DNA from: Holophagaceae bacterium
Lineage (GTDB): Bacteria; Acidobacteriota; Holophagae; Holophagales; Holophagaceae
DNA: 64,000 bases
Direction: 5' to 3'
Assembly: GCA_003165415.1 (NCBI GenBank)
Contig: PLUC01000148.1
Coordinates: forward strand, 63-64,062
Positions 55,445 to 64,000 of this stretch are shown here, one piece after another (the stretch's first letter is position 1; every line of letters begins with the position of its first letter). The notes under the pieces were generated by a model. That model was not told where the DNA came from and did not search any database. It saw only the letters and a list, made by a program, of their open reading frames with translations. Made by a program: the position numbers and the translations under genes.

Positions 55445-56458
55445 CTAGCTTAATGCAGTTTCCATCACCGCCTGCAGTTCCTTCCAGAGGAAGTCGTCGG
55501 GCAGCGCCGTCATGCAGGGCAGGCCCGGGACCGGGCACTCGAAGGTCATGCATTCCAGGCAGCCCAGGTCCTCCCGGCGCACCACCCGCACCCTGGGGCC
55601 CCGGGGCGCCGAATGCCGGGGCCGGGTGGGGCCGAACACGGCCAGGGTGGGGATCCCGCAGCCGGCGGCCAGGTGGGCCAGGCCCGAATCCATGCCCACC
55701 AGGGCCCGGGCGCCGGCGATCCAGGCGGCGGAGACGGCCAGTCCGCCCTGGCCGGCGCAGTCCAGGGCCCCGGGCACCCGGGCCCGGATGGCCGCGCTGA
55801 GGGCCTGGTCCACGGGCCCCGCCCCCAGGATCACCGGAGTGAGCCCGGAGCGCAGCAGGCGCTCGCCCAGGGCCGCGAACGAGGCCACCGACAGGCGCTT
55901 GTTCTCGCAGTTGGCGCCCGGCGCCAGCACCACGTAGTCGCCCAGCCCCAGGTCCGCCCGGCGGGCGGCGACCGTCTCCATGGCCTCGGTCCTGGGCCGG
56001 TAGGGACGGAACGGGCCGGGCGCCAGGTCCGGGAAGGCCCTGGCCACCACCGAAGCGTAGCGGTCCACGAAGGCCGTGTCCTGCTTGTAGAAGGCGACGC
56101 TGTGGGTGTAGAACAGGCTGGCGCCGCCGTCGCCGCAGCCCAGGCGCAGGGGCACCCGGGCCAGGAAGGCCGCCAGCATCGGCCGGTGGCTCTTGGGGAA
56201 GTTGATGAGCGAGGCCGGCCGGTGGCCCCGCAGCAGCGCCGCTGCCTGGAGCGGGCTGTACTTGCGTTCCGGATCCGGCACCGCCGCGCAATACTCGGCG
56301 CTGCCCGCGAACAGGTCCACCACCCACCCGGGCCCCCAGGCCACCAGCGGCAGCCCCGCGGCCCGCAGGGGGGCGATGGCCGTGTGGATCATCATGGCGT
56401 CCCCGAAGAACCGGGGAAACCGGATCCAGTGGGCGCCCATGGGGAGAGGTACGGTCAT
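55445..56458 (-). CDS. glycosyltransferase family 9 (heptosyltransferase-like)
   Basis: RFP..FGDAMM, LAPGA, DSGLAHLAA...PT.A.FGPT. Confidence 0.88.
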   Translation of the reverse strand: MTVPLPMGAHWIRFPRFFGDAMMIHTAIAPLRAAGLPLVAWGPGWVVDLFAGSAEYCAAVPDPERKYSPLQAAALLRGHRPASLINFPKSHRPMLAAFLARVPLRLGCGDGGASLFYTHSVAFYKQDTAFVDRYASVVARAFPDLAPGPFRPYRPRTEAMETVAARRADLGLGDYVVLAPGANCENKRLSVASFAALGERLLRSGLTPVILGAGPVDQALSAAIRARVPGALDCAGQGGLAVSAAWIAGARALVGMDSGLAHLAAGCGIPTLAVFGPTRPRHSAPRGPRVRVVRREDLGCLECMTFECPVPGLPCMTALPDDFLWKELQAVMETALS

Positions 56459-56468
56459 GGCCAGGCTC

Positions 56469-58100
56469 CTAGTTGTGCACGCCCGGGGCCTCGCGCCCGG
56501 TCTTGTGCACGTACTCCAGGTACGAGCCCTGGTAGATCATCGGCCCCTGGTGCTCCGCGCCGCCCAGCTCCAGCACGCGGGTGGCCAGCCCGCGCAGGAA
56601 GGTCCGGTCGTGGGACACGAACAGCATGGTCCCTTCGAAGTCCTTCAACGCCTCGATCAGCATCTCCTTGGTGGCCAGGTCCAGGTGGTTGGTGGGCTCG
56701 TCCAGGATGAGGAAATTGGGCGGGTCGAACAGCATCCTGGCCATGACCAGCCGCGACTTCTCGCCTCCCGACAGGGCGCGGATCCGCTTGTCCACGTCGT
56801 CACCCATGAACTGGAAGGCGCCCAGCAGGTTGCGCAGCACCCCCAGCCCTTCCATGGGGAAGTCCTGCTGGATCTGCTCCAGCACGGTGAGCTCGGCGTC
56901 CAGGAGATCCATGGACTGCTGGGCGAAGTAGCCCAACCGCAGGCTCGCCCCCAGGCGCACGCTGCCGGCGTCCGGGGCCACCACCCCCGCCACCATCTTG
57001 AGCAGGGTGGACTTGCCCGCGCCGTTCTTGCCCATCACACACCAGCGCTCCCCGCGCCGGATGTGGAAGTCGAAGCCATCGTAGAGCACCCGCCGGCCGT
57101 AGGCCTTGCCCACCCCCTCCAGCATGGCCACGTCGTCGCCGGAACGCATGGGCGTCCGGAAATCCCAGCGGACCACCTTGCGCTTGCGCGGCAGCTCGAT
57201 GCGCTCGATCTTGTCCAGGGCCTTCACCCGGCTCTGCACCTGGGCGGCCTTGGCCGCGTGGGCCGAGAACCGCTCGATGAAGCGCTGCTCCTTGGCCAGC
57301 TTGGCCTGCTGCCTGGCGTAGGCCGCTTCCTGGTTGGCCTCCCGGGCCTCCCGCTCGCGCAGGTAGAAATCGTAGTCGCCGGAGTAGGTGACGATGTCGC
57401 CGCCATCGATCTCGATGACCTTGGTGACGATCCGGTTCATGAAGTCCCGGTCGTGGGAGGTCATGAGCAGGGTGGAGGAGACGCTCTTCAGGAAGGCCTC
57501 CAGCCAGAGGATCGATTCGATGTCCAGGTGGTTGGTGGGCTCGTCCAGCAGCAGCACGTCGAACTTGCCCAGCAGGACCTTGGCCATGGACACCCGCATC
57601 TTCCAGCCGCCGCTCAGGGCGCCCACGTCGCCGTCGATCTGGTCGTCCTCGAACCCCAGCCCGCCCAGGCAGGCCTTGGCCCGGGCCTCCAGCTCGTAGC
57701 CGCCCAGGTGCTGGTACTCCTCCTGGACGTGGCCGAACCGCTCCAGGATCGCCTCCAGCTCGTCGCCCCGGGCCGGGTCGGCCATGCCGTGCTCCAGGTC
57801 CATGAGCTCGTGGTGCAGGTCCCCCAGCCGGCCGCTGCCGGCGATGGCCTCGTCCAGCACCGAGCGGCCGGCCATCTCGTCCACTTCCTGGCGGAAGTAG
57901 CCCACGGTCAGTTTCCTGGGCATGCTGACGGTGCCGTCGTCGGGGTGCTCCTCGCCCATGATCATCCGGAACACCGTGGATTTTCCGGCGCCGTTCGGCC
58001 CCACCAGGCCGACCTTCTCACCGGGGTTGAGCTGGAAGCTGGCGTCGATGAACAGGATCTGCCGACCATACTGCTTGCTCACATCGGAAAAGGAGATCAT
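56469..58100 (-). CDS. ABC-F family ATP-binding protein
   Basis: two NBDs (GPNGAGKST, LSGGWKMR, DEPTNHLD; GKNGAGKST, LSGGEKSR); no TM segments. Confidence 0.93.
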   Translation of the reverse strand: MISFSDVSKQYGRQILFIDASFQLNPGEKVGLVGPNGAGKSTVFRMIMGEEHPDDGTVSMPRKLTVGYFRQEVDEMAGRSVLDEAIAGSGRLGDLHHELMDLEHGMADPARGDELEAILERFGHVQEEYQHLGGYELEARAKACLGGLGFEDDQIDGDVGALSGGWKMRVSMAKVLLGKFDVLLLDEPTNHLDIESILWLEAFLKSVSSTLLMTSHDRDFMNRIVTKVIEIDGGDIVTYSGDYDFYLREREAREANQEAAYARQQAKLAKEQRFIERFSAHAAKAAQVQSRVKALDKIERIELPRKRKVVRWDFRTPMRSGDDVAMLEGVGKAYGRRVLYDGFDFHIRRGERWCVMGKNGAGKSTLLKMVAGVVAPDAGSVRLGASLRLGYFAQQSMDLLDAELTVLEQIQQDFPMEGLGVLRNLLGAFQFMGDDVDKRIRALSGGEKSRLVMARMLFDPPNFLILDEPTNHLDLATKEMLIEALKDFEGTMLFVSHDRTFLRGLATRVLELGGAEHQGPMIYQGSYLEYVHKTGREAPGVHN

Positions 58101-58200
58101 GGCTGCGGGAGGGGGCGGCGAATCCCCCGGCTGGCCGGAACCCATGCAAAAACCAAGCAATCCCCCTGTTCGACCCCACTAGCCTACCGCATCCCGCGGC

Positions 58201-58935
58201 TCAGAGCAGCAGGCGCTCCAGCACCTCGTAGCTGCGCGGCCCGTCCAGCTCCCGCCGGAGCCGGTCGCGCAGGACCCGGGTCACCGCCCGGGCCGCGGGG
58301 CTGCCTTCCGGGTCCGGGGCCTCCTCGGCGGTGCAGGTGCGCAGCAGGCGCAGGTGTTCCCGGGCGCCGGGGGGAAAGGCTTCCCGCGGGTCCACCGGCG
58401 TGCAGGCGGCGCAGCGCCAGCCGTGCTCGTCGGTGAGCAGCACCAGCGGCGCCTCGCCGTTTCCGCACAGGCCGCACAGGCGCGGGTGGGGCAGCACGCC
58501 AAGGCAGTGCAGCAGCCAATGCTCGCCGTAGGCCAGGATGGCCATGGCCTGGTCCGGCTTGGCCTTCAGCGCGCGGGCGCAGGCGGACAGGAGCCGGAAC
58601 AGGCGCGGGTCCTCGACCCCCTCCCGGGCCACCCGGTCGAACACGTCCGCCAGGCAGGCCACCACTAGGTTGGATTCCAGGTGGCCCAGGACCAGGGGCG
58701 AGTGCACCAGCTCGCAGCGGGTCACCCGCCGCACCTCCACCTGCTCCTTGCCGAAGAAGCTCACGTTCACCAGGCCCAGGGGCTCGAAATTGGAGACCCA
58801 CTTGGCCGACGGCTGCTTCGCCCCCTTGGCGAGGCCCACCAGCCGCTCCCCGTGCTCGGTGAGGAAGGACACCACCAGCCCGCCCTCCTGGAAGGGGGAG
58901 GGACGGAGCACGATGGCGGCGTGGGTCTGGATCAT
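58201..58935 (-). CDS. recO: DNA repair protein RecO
   Basis: AIVLR...E....V.FLT..G......AKGAK OB fold; LG..P....CxxCG...CxxC zinc finger. Confidence 0.88.
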   Translation of the reverse strand: MIQTHAAIVLRPSPFQEGGLVVSFLTEHGERLVGLAKGAKQPSAKWVSNFEPLGLVNVSFFGKEQVEVRRVTRCELVHSPLVLGHLESNLVVACLADVFDRVAREGVEDPRLFRLLSACARALKAKPDQAMAILAYGEHWLLHCLGVLPHPRLCGLCGNGEAPLVLLTDEHGWRCAACTPVDPREAFPPGAREHLRLLRTCTAEEAPDPEGSPAARAVTRVLRDRLRRELDGPRSYEVLERLLL

Positions 58936-58945
58936 CCGAGTCTCC

Positions 58946-60318
58946 GAGAAACCCCGTCGTTTAGGGCGGGGAGGCAGAGGAGGCCAAGGGGGCCTTGCGC
59001 CCTCTTGGCAAAGGGTGTAATCTTCGTTTTGAGTTCTTTTTTAATTGCCATTATTTACGCCTATGAAACGAGCATTCCGATACCGCTTCTACCCCACCCG
59101 CGAGCAGGCCCATTTGCTTAACCGGACCTTTGGCTGCGTGCGGGTGGTCTGAAACGAGACCCTTCGCACCAGCGAAGCGCGCTGGAAAGCCGGAGGCAGT
59201 CGTCTCACCTACCGGTTGGCCAGTTCGCATCTGACCGACCTCAAGAAGAGGCCCGAATTCCAGTTTCTCAACGAAGTGAGCAGCGTTCCCCTCCAGCAGG
59301 GTCTTCGCCACCAGGAGGCTGCGTTCACTTCCTTCTTCGCGAAGCGGGCTCGACACCCTCGGTTCAAGGGACGCAGCGGACGGCAATCTGCCGAATTCAC
59401 CTCCAGCGCTTTCCGCTGGAAGGAGGGCCAGCTTACGCTGGCGAAGATGAAGGAGCCTCTTGCCATACGTTGGAGCCGACCTCTTCCGCTGGAAACCGTG
59501 CCCTCGACGGTCACCGTTTCCCGGGATGCTTCGGGGCGGTGGCACGTGAGCCTCCTGTTGGAGGACACGACGGTGGTCCCCCTTCCTGTCGTTGCGGAAA
59601 CGGTTGGCGTGGACCTGGGTCTGAAGGATTTCGCAGTCCTCTCCACGGGGGAACGCATTGCGCACCCCAAGCACTATCAGCGCAAGCTCGCTACCCTCAC
59701 CCGCCGGCAGCGCCAGCTCAGCCGAAAGAAGAAAGGGGGAGCCAACCGCAAGAAAGCACAAGCCAAGGTGGCCAGGGCCCATGCCCACGTGGTGGACGCG
59801 AGGCGAGATTTCCTCCATAAACTCAGCACGGACCTGGTTCGGCGTTTCCAGCGCATCAGCGTGGAGGACCTGAATGTGGCGGGCATGGTCCGGAACCCAT
59901 ACCTGGCCCAAAGCATCGCCACCTCGGGGTGGGCCGAGTTCCTGATGCAACTGTTCTACAAATGCCAATGGTACGGAAGGACCTTCGTGCAGGTGGATCG
60001 TTTCTTTCCGTCCAGCAAGACTTGTTCGACCTGCGGGCGTGTTCTGGATCACCTGGATCTTGGGACCCGGGCCTGGACCTGCCCCGAGTGTGGCACCCGG
60101 CATGACCGGGATATCAATGCCGCCATCAACATCGATTTGGCCGCCGGACGAGCGGAAAGTGTCTGTGGAGCTGATGTAAGACCAAGGCATGGAGCAATCC
60201 ATATCGGGCAATCGGCGTTGAAGCAGAAAATCTCGGTTGCGAGACCTGGAATCCCCTGCTTCCAGCAACGCATGCGTTGCTGGAAGTCTAAGGACCTTTA
60301 GGTGGGGGAGGACGTCAA
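58946..60318 (+). mobile_element. IS200/IS605-family (IS1341-type, tnpB-only) element
   Basis: left-end hairpin GAAACCCCGTCGTTTAGGGCGGGGAG; right end GAATCCCCTG...TTTAGGTGGGGGAGGACGTCAA; no tnpA; left boundary approximate. Confidence 0.85.
59063..60301 (+). pseudogene. tnpB: RNA-guided endonuclease TnpB with a premature TGA at codon 30
   Basis: MKRAFRYRFYPT...FGCVRVV*NETL (TGA at 59150-59152); RuvC GVDLG, VEDL, DRDINAA and zinc finger CSTC/CPEC intact. Confidence 0.88.
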
Positions 60319-60402
60319 CATGAAATGTTTGCACGAAATCGCCGGAACGCGGCGGCCAGCGAGCCGTCCGCAATCCCGGTACAATGGCCGCCGGAGCCCC
60401 CC

Positions 60403-62178
60403 ATGACTTTTGCCTGCCGGCTTTTCCTTCTCCTGGCCCTGCTGGCACCCCTGCGCGCCTTCAGCCGGGAGACCCAGGTGTCGAGGATCTGGATCGCGGG
60501 CCAGGAGGCCGGCACCGCCACCGAAACCAACTCCAGCGACGCCGCCGGCCTCCTCATGGAGAGCCGGGAAGCGGACCACCTGGAGCGCATGGGGGTGGTG
60601 ATCAAGATCGAGCTGCGGGAGCGGGCGCTGAAGCGGCCCGACGGCTCCATGCAGTTCAGCTGGAGCCTGGCCATGTCCCAGGAACCCCAGGAGGGCGAGG
60701 CATCCTGGTCGCCCGGAGAGCCCGGACGGCTCAAGCTGACCTTCAAGGACGGCCCGCCCCGGACCCTGGACATCCCGGCCGGCGCCCTGATCTGGCCGGG
60801 GGACCTGGAGGACCGCCTGAAGGCCGCGGCCCGCTCAGCCAGGCCGCTGCGGCTCACCTACTTCCGCTTCCCCGACCAGCAGTGGGCCGAGCTCGACATC
60901 CAGCCCATGGGCCCGGCTCCCCTGCCGGGCTTCCCGGACACCGTGCTGTTCCGGGGCCGGTCCTCGGAAGGCAGCATGGTGGAGGACGTGGACCTGTGGA
61001 TCTCCCCGGCCCAGGGGGAAGTGAAGCACAAGGGCGCCATGGCCGGAATCCCCGAACTCACCCAGCGGGTGGAGCTGCCGCCGCCGGCCGAATTGGAGGC
61101 CAAGGCCGGCCTGTTCGAGCGCACCATCAAGGCCCTGCCGCCCCATCCGTTCCTGCTCTGGCTGCCCTCGGTGCCGGTGCGCTGGACCGGCCGGACCGTG
61201 CCGGACCTGGGCGAGGACCCCCAGCAGCGGCGCCTGGGGCCAGGGCGGTTCCTGCTCACCCGGGCCCTGCCGCCGTCCCCCGCCGAAGCGGCGGAGCTGC
61301 CCGTGACCGGCCGGCCTTCGCCCCAGGACGCCCCGTTCCTGGCCGCCACCCCCCTGGTGCAGTTCAACGACCCGGTGTTCGCCGGGCTGGAGCGCCGCCT
61401 GCAGGCTCCCCCCGGCGCCACCCGCTGGCGGCTGGCCCAGCTGGTCACCAGCTTCGTGTACAACTGGATCCAGGACAAGAACTACAGCGTGGGCTTCGCC
61501 TCCGCCCAGGAAGTGGCCCGCAACCCGGTGGGCGCCTGCGCCCAGCACGGCGTCCTGGCCGTGGCCCTGCTGCGCCGCCTGGGCGTGCCGGCCCGAGGCG
61601 TCACCGGCTGGGTGGCGCTGGGCGAGACCATGGCCGTGCACTTCTGGGTGGAGGCGGAAATGGGCGGCCGCTGGATCCCCCTGGATCCCACCTTCGACCA
61701 GGCTCCGGCCTCGGCCTACCGGCTGAAGCTCATCACCACTGACCTGGCCGATCTGGGCGGGGTGACCGCGGCCACGCCCGGCACCGACTACCTGGAAGGG
61801 GTCTGGACGCCTGAGGGCCCGTGGCCCGCCGACCTGCGCACCCAGGGCGACACCCTCACCGCGCCGGGCGGCCTGACCCTGCGGGTGCCCGGCGCCCGCT
61901 GGCAGCTGGCCGGGGGCCTGCTGACCCTGATCTGGGGCGAATCGCACCGGGTCGAGGCGGTGCCCCCTCCGGCGCCGGCCCAGCGGTCCGGCGCGCGCCG
62001 GCTGCAGGGGGCGGCCAAGGGACGCCAGGGCTGGTGGCAGCCCAGGCCCGCCCGGCTCTGGATCGACCTGGGTTCGGGCCAGTGGCTCCAGGTGGACGCC
62101 CTCACCCAGTCCGAGGCATTCATCCTGCTGGACGCGCTGGAGGCCGAAGTCCAGGCCCAGCCGGCCAAGGCCGCCTGA
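60403..62178 (+). CDS. secreted transglutaminase-like domain protein
   Basis: signal peptide; GACAQHG..AVALLR.LGVPAR, HFWVE, W.PLDPT (Cys-His-Asp triad). Confidence 0.85.
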   Translation: MTFACRLFLLLALLAPLRAFSRETQVSRIWIAGQEAGTATETNSSDAAGLLMESREADHLERMGVVIKIELRERALKRPDGSMQFSWSLAMSQEPQEGEASWSPGEPGRLKLTFKDGPPRTLDIPAGALIWPGDLEDRLKAAARSARPLRLTYFRFPDQQWAELDIQPMGPAPLPGFPDTVLFRGRSSEGSMVEDVDLWISPAQGEVKHKGAMAGIPELTQRVELPPPAELEAKAGLFERTIKALPPHPFLLWLPSVPVRWTGRTVPDLGEDPQQRRLGPGRFLLTRALPPSPAEAAELPVTGRPSPQDAPFLAATPLVQFNDPVFAGLERRLQAPPGATRWRLAQLVTSFVYNWIQDKNYSVGFASAQEVARNPVGACAQHGVLAVALLRRLGVPARGVTGWVALGETMAVHFWVEAEMGGRWIPLDPTFDQAPASAYRLKLITTDLADLGGVTAATPGTDYLEGVWTPEGPWPADLRTQGDTLTAPGGLTLRVPGARWQLAGGLLTLIWGESHRVEAVPPPAPAQRSGARRLQGAAKGRQGWWQPRPARLWIDLGSGQWLQVDALTQSEAFILLDALEAEVQAQPAKAA

Positions 62179-62340
62179 TTATTCCAGGTACCACTCCGCC
62201 AGCTTCCGGAAATAGTACAGCCCGAAGCCGCTGCCGATGGCGCTGAGGATGACGGCGGTGCCGATGCCCTCGAACATCCCCAGCCACCAGCCCAGCCAGC
62301 CGCCGACGCTCATGCCCACGAAGCCGACCAGCCCCTTCAC
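62179..62340 (-). CDS. small two-TM membrane protein
   Basis: GGAGGA RBS then GTG; KGLVGFVGMSVGGWLGWWLG...GLYYFRK. Confidence 0.6.
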   Translation of the reverse strand: MKGLVGFVGMSVGGWLGWWLGMFEGIGTAVILSAIGSGFGLYYFRKLAEWYLE

Positions 62341-62348
62341 TCCTCCCA

Positions 62349-63770
62349 TCAGTACTGGATCACTTTCATGGTGTTGGTGCTGCCGGTCTTCCACAGAGGC
62401 AGGCCGAGGGTGATCACCACCTTGTCCCCGGACGCCAGGCCGTGCAGGTCCTTCAGCACCACCTCCACCGAATCCACCATCTCGTCGGAGGTCTCCAGCT
62501 TGGGCACCAGCAGGGCCTGGACCCCGCGCATGAGGCCCAGGCGGTGCGCGTTGCCGGAATCAGTGGTGGCGCCGATCACCGGGACGTCGGCCGCCAGGCG
62601 CGAGACCATGCGCGCGCTGCCGCCCCCTTCGGTGAACACCACGATCATGCGCGCGCCGATCTCCTCGGCGGTCCTGCAGGCGGCGAAGGCCACCGACACG
62701 CCGGTGCGGCTGGACAGCCGGGGCGCCAGGGAATCCGCCAGGGCGCCCAGGCGGGGATGGTAGTGGGCGTCGGCGTCCCCGGCGATGCGGCCGAGCCACT
62801 GGATGGCCTCCACGGGGTACTTGCCCACGGCGCTCTCGGCGCTGAGCATCACCGCGTCGGTGCCGTCCCAGATGGCGTTGGCCACGTCCGAGGCCTCGGC
62901 CCGGGTGGGCTGGGGGTTCTCGATCATGCTCTCCAGCATCTGGGTGGCGGTGATCACCGGCTTCAGGGCATGGCGGGCCATCTTGATGATCTGCTTCTGC
63001 AGGGCCGGGACGTGCTCCACGCCCAGTTCCACCCCCAGATCGCCCCGGGCCACCATGACCCCCCAGGACACGTCCAGGATCTCCTCCAGGTTGTCCAGTG
63101 CCTGGGGGTGCTCGATCTTGGCGATGATGGGCTGCCGGCCGCCCAGGCCCCGGATCAGGCCTTCCAGGGTCGAGATGTCCGAGGCGCGGCGGACGAAGCT
63201 CTGGGCGAACAGGTCCACCCCGTGCTCCACGCCCCAGCGGATGTCCACCAGGTCCTTGGGCGTGAGCGGATCGAAGGCCACGTCCAGGCCGATGGGATGC
63301 ACGCCCTTGCGCGCCTTGAGCAGGCCGCCCACCTCCACTCTGGCGCGCACCAGCCCGGGCTCCACCGCGGTCACCACCACCTCCAGGTTGCCGTCGTCCA
63401 GCACCCAGCGCTGGCCGCAACGGGCGCCCAGGAACAGCTCCGGGTGCGGCAGCGGCACCGCCCAGTCCGCGCCCGCGCAGGCCTTGCCGCCGGCCGGGAA
63501 GAACACGCCCACGCTGCCCGCCGCCAGCTCCAGCGGGACTTCCAGCGCCCCCACCCGCCATTTCGGACCCTGCAAGTCCAGCAGCACCGGGATGCGCCGG
63601 CCCAGCTCCTGGGCGATGCGGCGGATATCACCCAGGGCCTGGCCCCGGGAGTCCAGGTCCCCGTGGCTGGCGTTGAGCCGCACGGCGTCGGCGACCTGCA
63701 GGGCTTCCCGCAGGCGGCCGACCTCTTGCAGAGCGGGGCCCATGGTGATGAGTATCTTGGTCTTGCGCAT
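62349..63770 (-). CDS. pyk: pyruvate kinase
   Basis: KTKIL.TMGP, RLNASHG, DLQGPK, IIAKIE, MVARGDLGVE, ATQMLESM, DAVMLSAESA.G.YP. Confidence 0.96.
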   Translation of the reverse strand: MRKTKILITMGPALQEVGRLREALQVADAVRLNASHGDLDSRGQALGDIRRIAQELGRRIPVLLDLQGPKWRVGALEVPLELAAGSVGVFFPAGGKACAGADWAVPLPHPELFLGARCGQRWVLDDGNLEVVVTAVEPGLVRARVEVGGLLKARKGVHPIGLDVAFDPLTPKDLVDIRWGVEHGVDLFAQSFVRRASDISTLEGLIRGLGGRQPIIAKIEHPQALDNLEEILDVSWGVMVARGDLGVELGVEHVPALQKQIIKMARHALKPVITATQMLESMIENPQPTRAEASDVANAIWDGTDAVMLSAESAVGKYPVEAIQWLGRIAGDADAHYHPRLGALADSLAPRLSSRTGVSVAFAACRTAEEIGARMIVVFTEGGGSARMVSRLAADVPVIGATTDSGNAHRLGLMRGVQALLVPKLETSDEMVDSVEVVLKDLHGLASGDKVVITLGLPLWKTGSTNTMKVIQY

Positions 63771-63902
63771 TCTTTCCTCCAGACTATCCACAGGTATTCC
63801 ACAGGGTTTTCCGCAAAAATGGAAGCATTATCGCTGTAAAATCGCCTGTGCACACGCCTCCGCTGGTGTTACCGTCTTGGGCTACCCGATGGAGTCAAAG
63901 CG

Positions 63903-64000
63903 ATGCGCAAGTTGATGGAGGAACTCATCGCTGAATTGGTGCGGAACGAGATCCCCCTGGACCTGGCCAAACGGGAACTGGAGCGGATCTACATGGAGCA
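63903..64000 (+). CDS. Fis-like HTH protein (partial, runs off the window)
   Basis: GGAG RBS; MRKLMEELIAELVRNEIPLDLAKRELERIYME resembles the N-terminal part of small Fis-family proteins. Confidence 0.45.
   Translation, partial: MRKLMEELIAELVRNEIPLDLAKRELERIYME

Noticed and set aside
58160-58195. GTTCGACCCC resembling a tRNA T-loop
   Set aside because: No T-stem, acceptor stem or cloverleaf

Overview
High-GC bacterial window. Gene content and order resemble Holophagae-type Acidobacteriota, but that is an inference. It has four parts. (1) About 0.8-32.6 kb is an accessory sulfur/redox island: DsrE-like protein, DoxDA-type thiosulfate:quinone oxidoreductase, an RND-TolC operon with two DUF2892 proteins, rhodanese and thioredoxin downstream of two tandem ArsR paralogs, an AcfC-like binding protein, a MocR-associated dsrC-dsrM-like-dsrK-like-cysteine desulfurase-DASS transporter operon with no dsrAB in the window, CoA-persulfide reductase-rhodanese plus cysteine desulfidase, NifX/CGGC/DUF134 genes, an unusual LexA-DBD/Crp-Fnr fusion, and LysR-YeiH-split-Soret cytochrome c. 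Several genes are decaying through in-frame stops or deletion chimeras. (2) mraZ-rsmH-ftsL with no ftsI, a PhoR-like kinase, and glycogen genes (GH13+GH133 debranching enzyme, glgB, glgP). (3) A 6 kb accessory patch at 46.3-52.7 kb between glgP and glgA: Xre-RES and Phd-VapC toxin-antitoxin pairs, a duplicated DUF4143 gene end, a decayed ferritin-cargo/encapsulin operon and an ankyrin protein. (4) glgA, glgC, a GT9, an ABC-F, recO, a tnpB-only IS200/IS605 element, a transglutaminase-like gene, pyk and the start of a Fis-like gene. No tRNA, rRNA or CRISPR array was seen. All family assignments come from recognising motifs by eye; no database searches were run.
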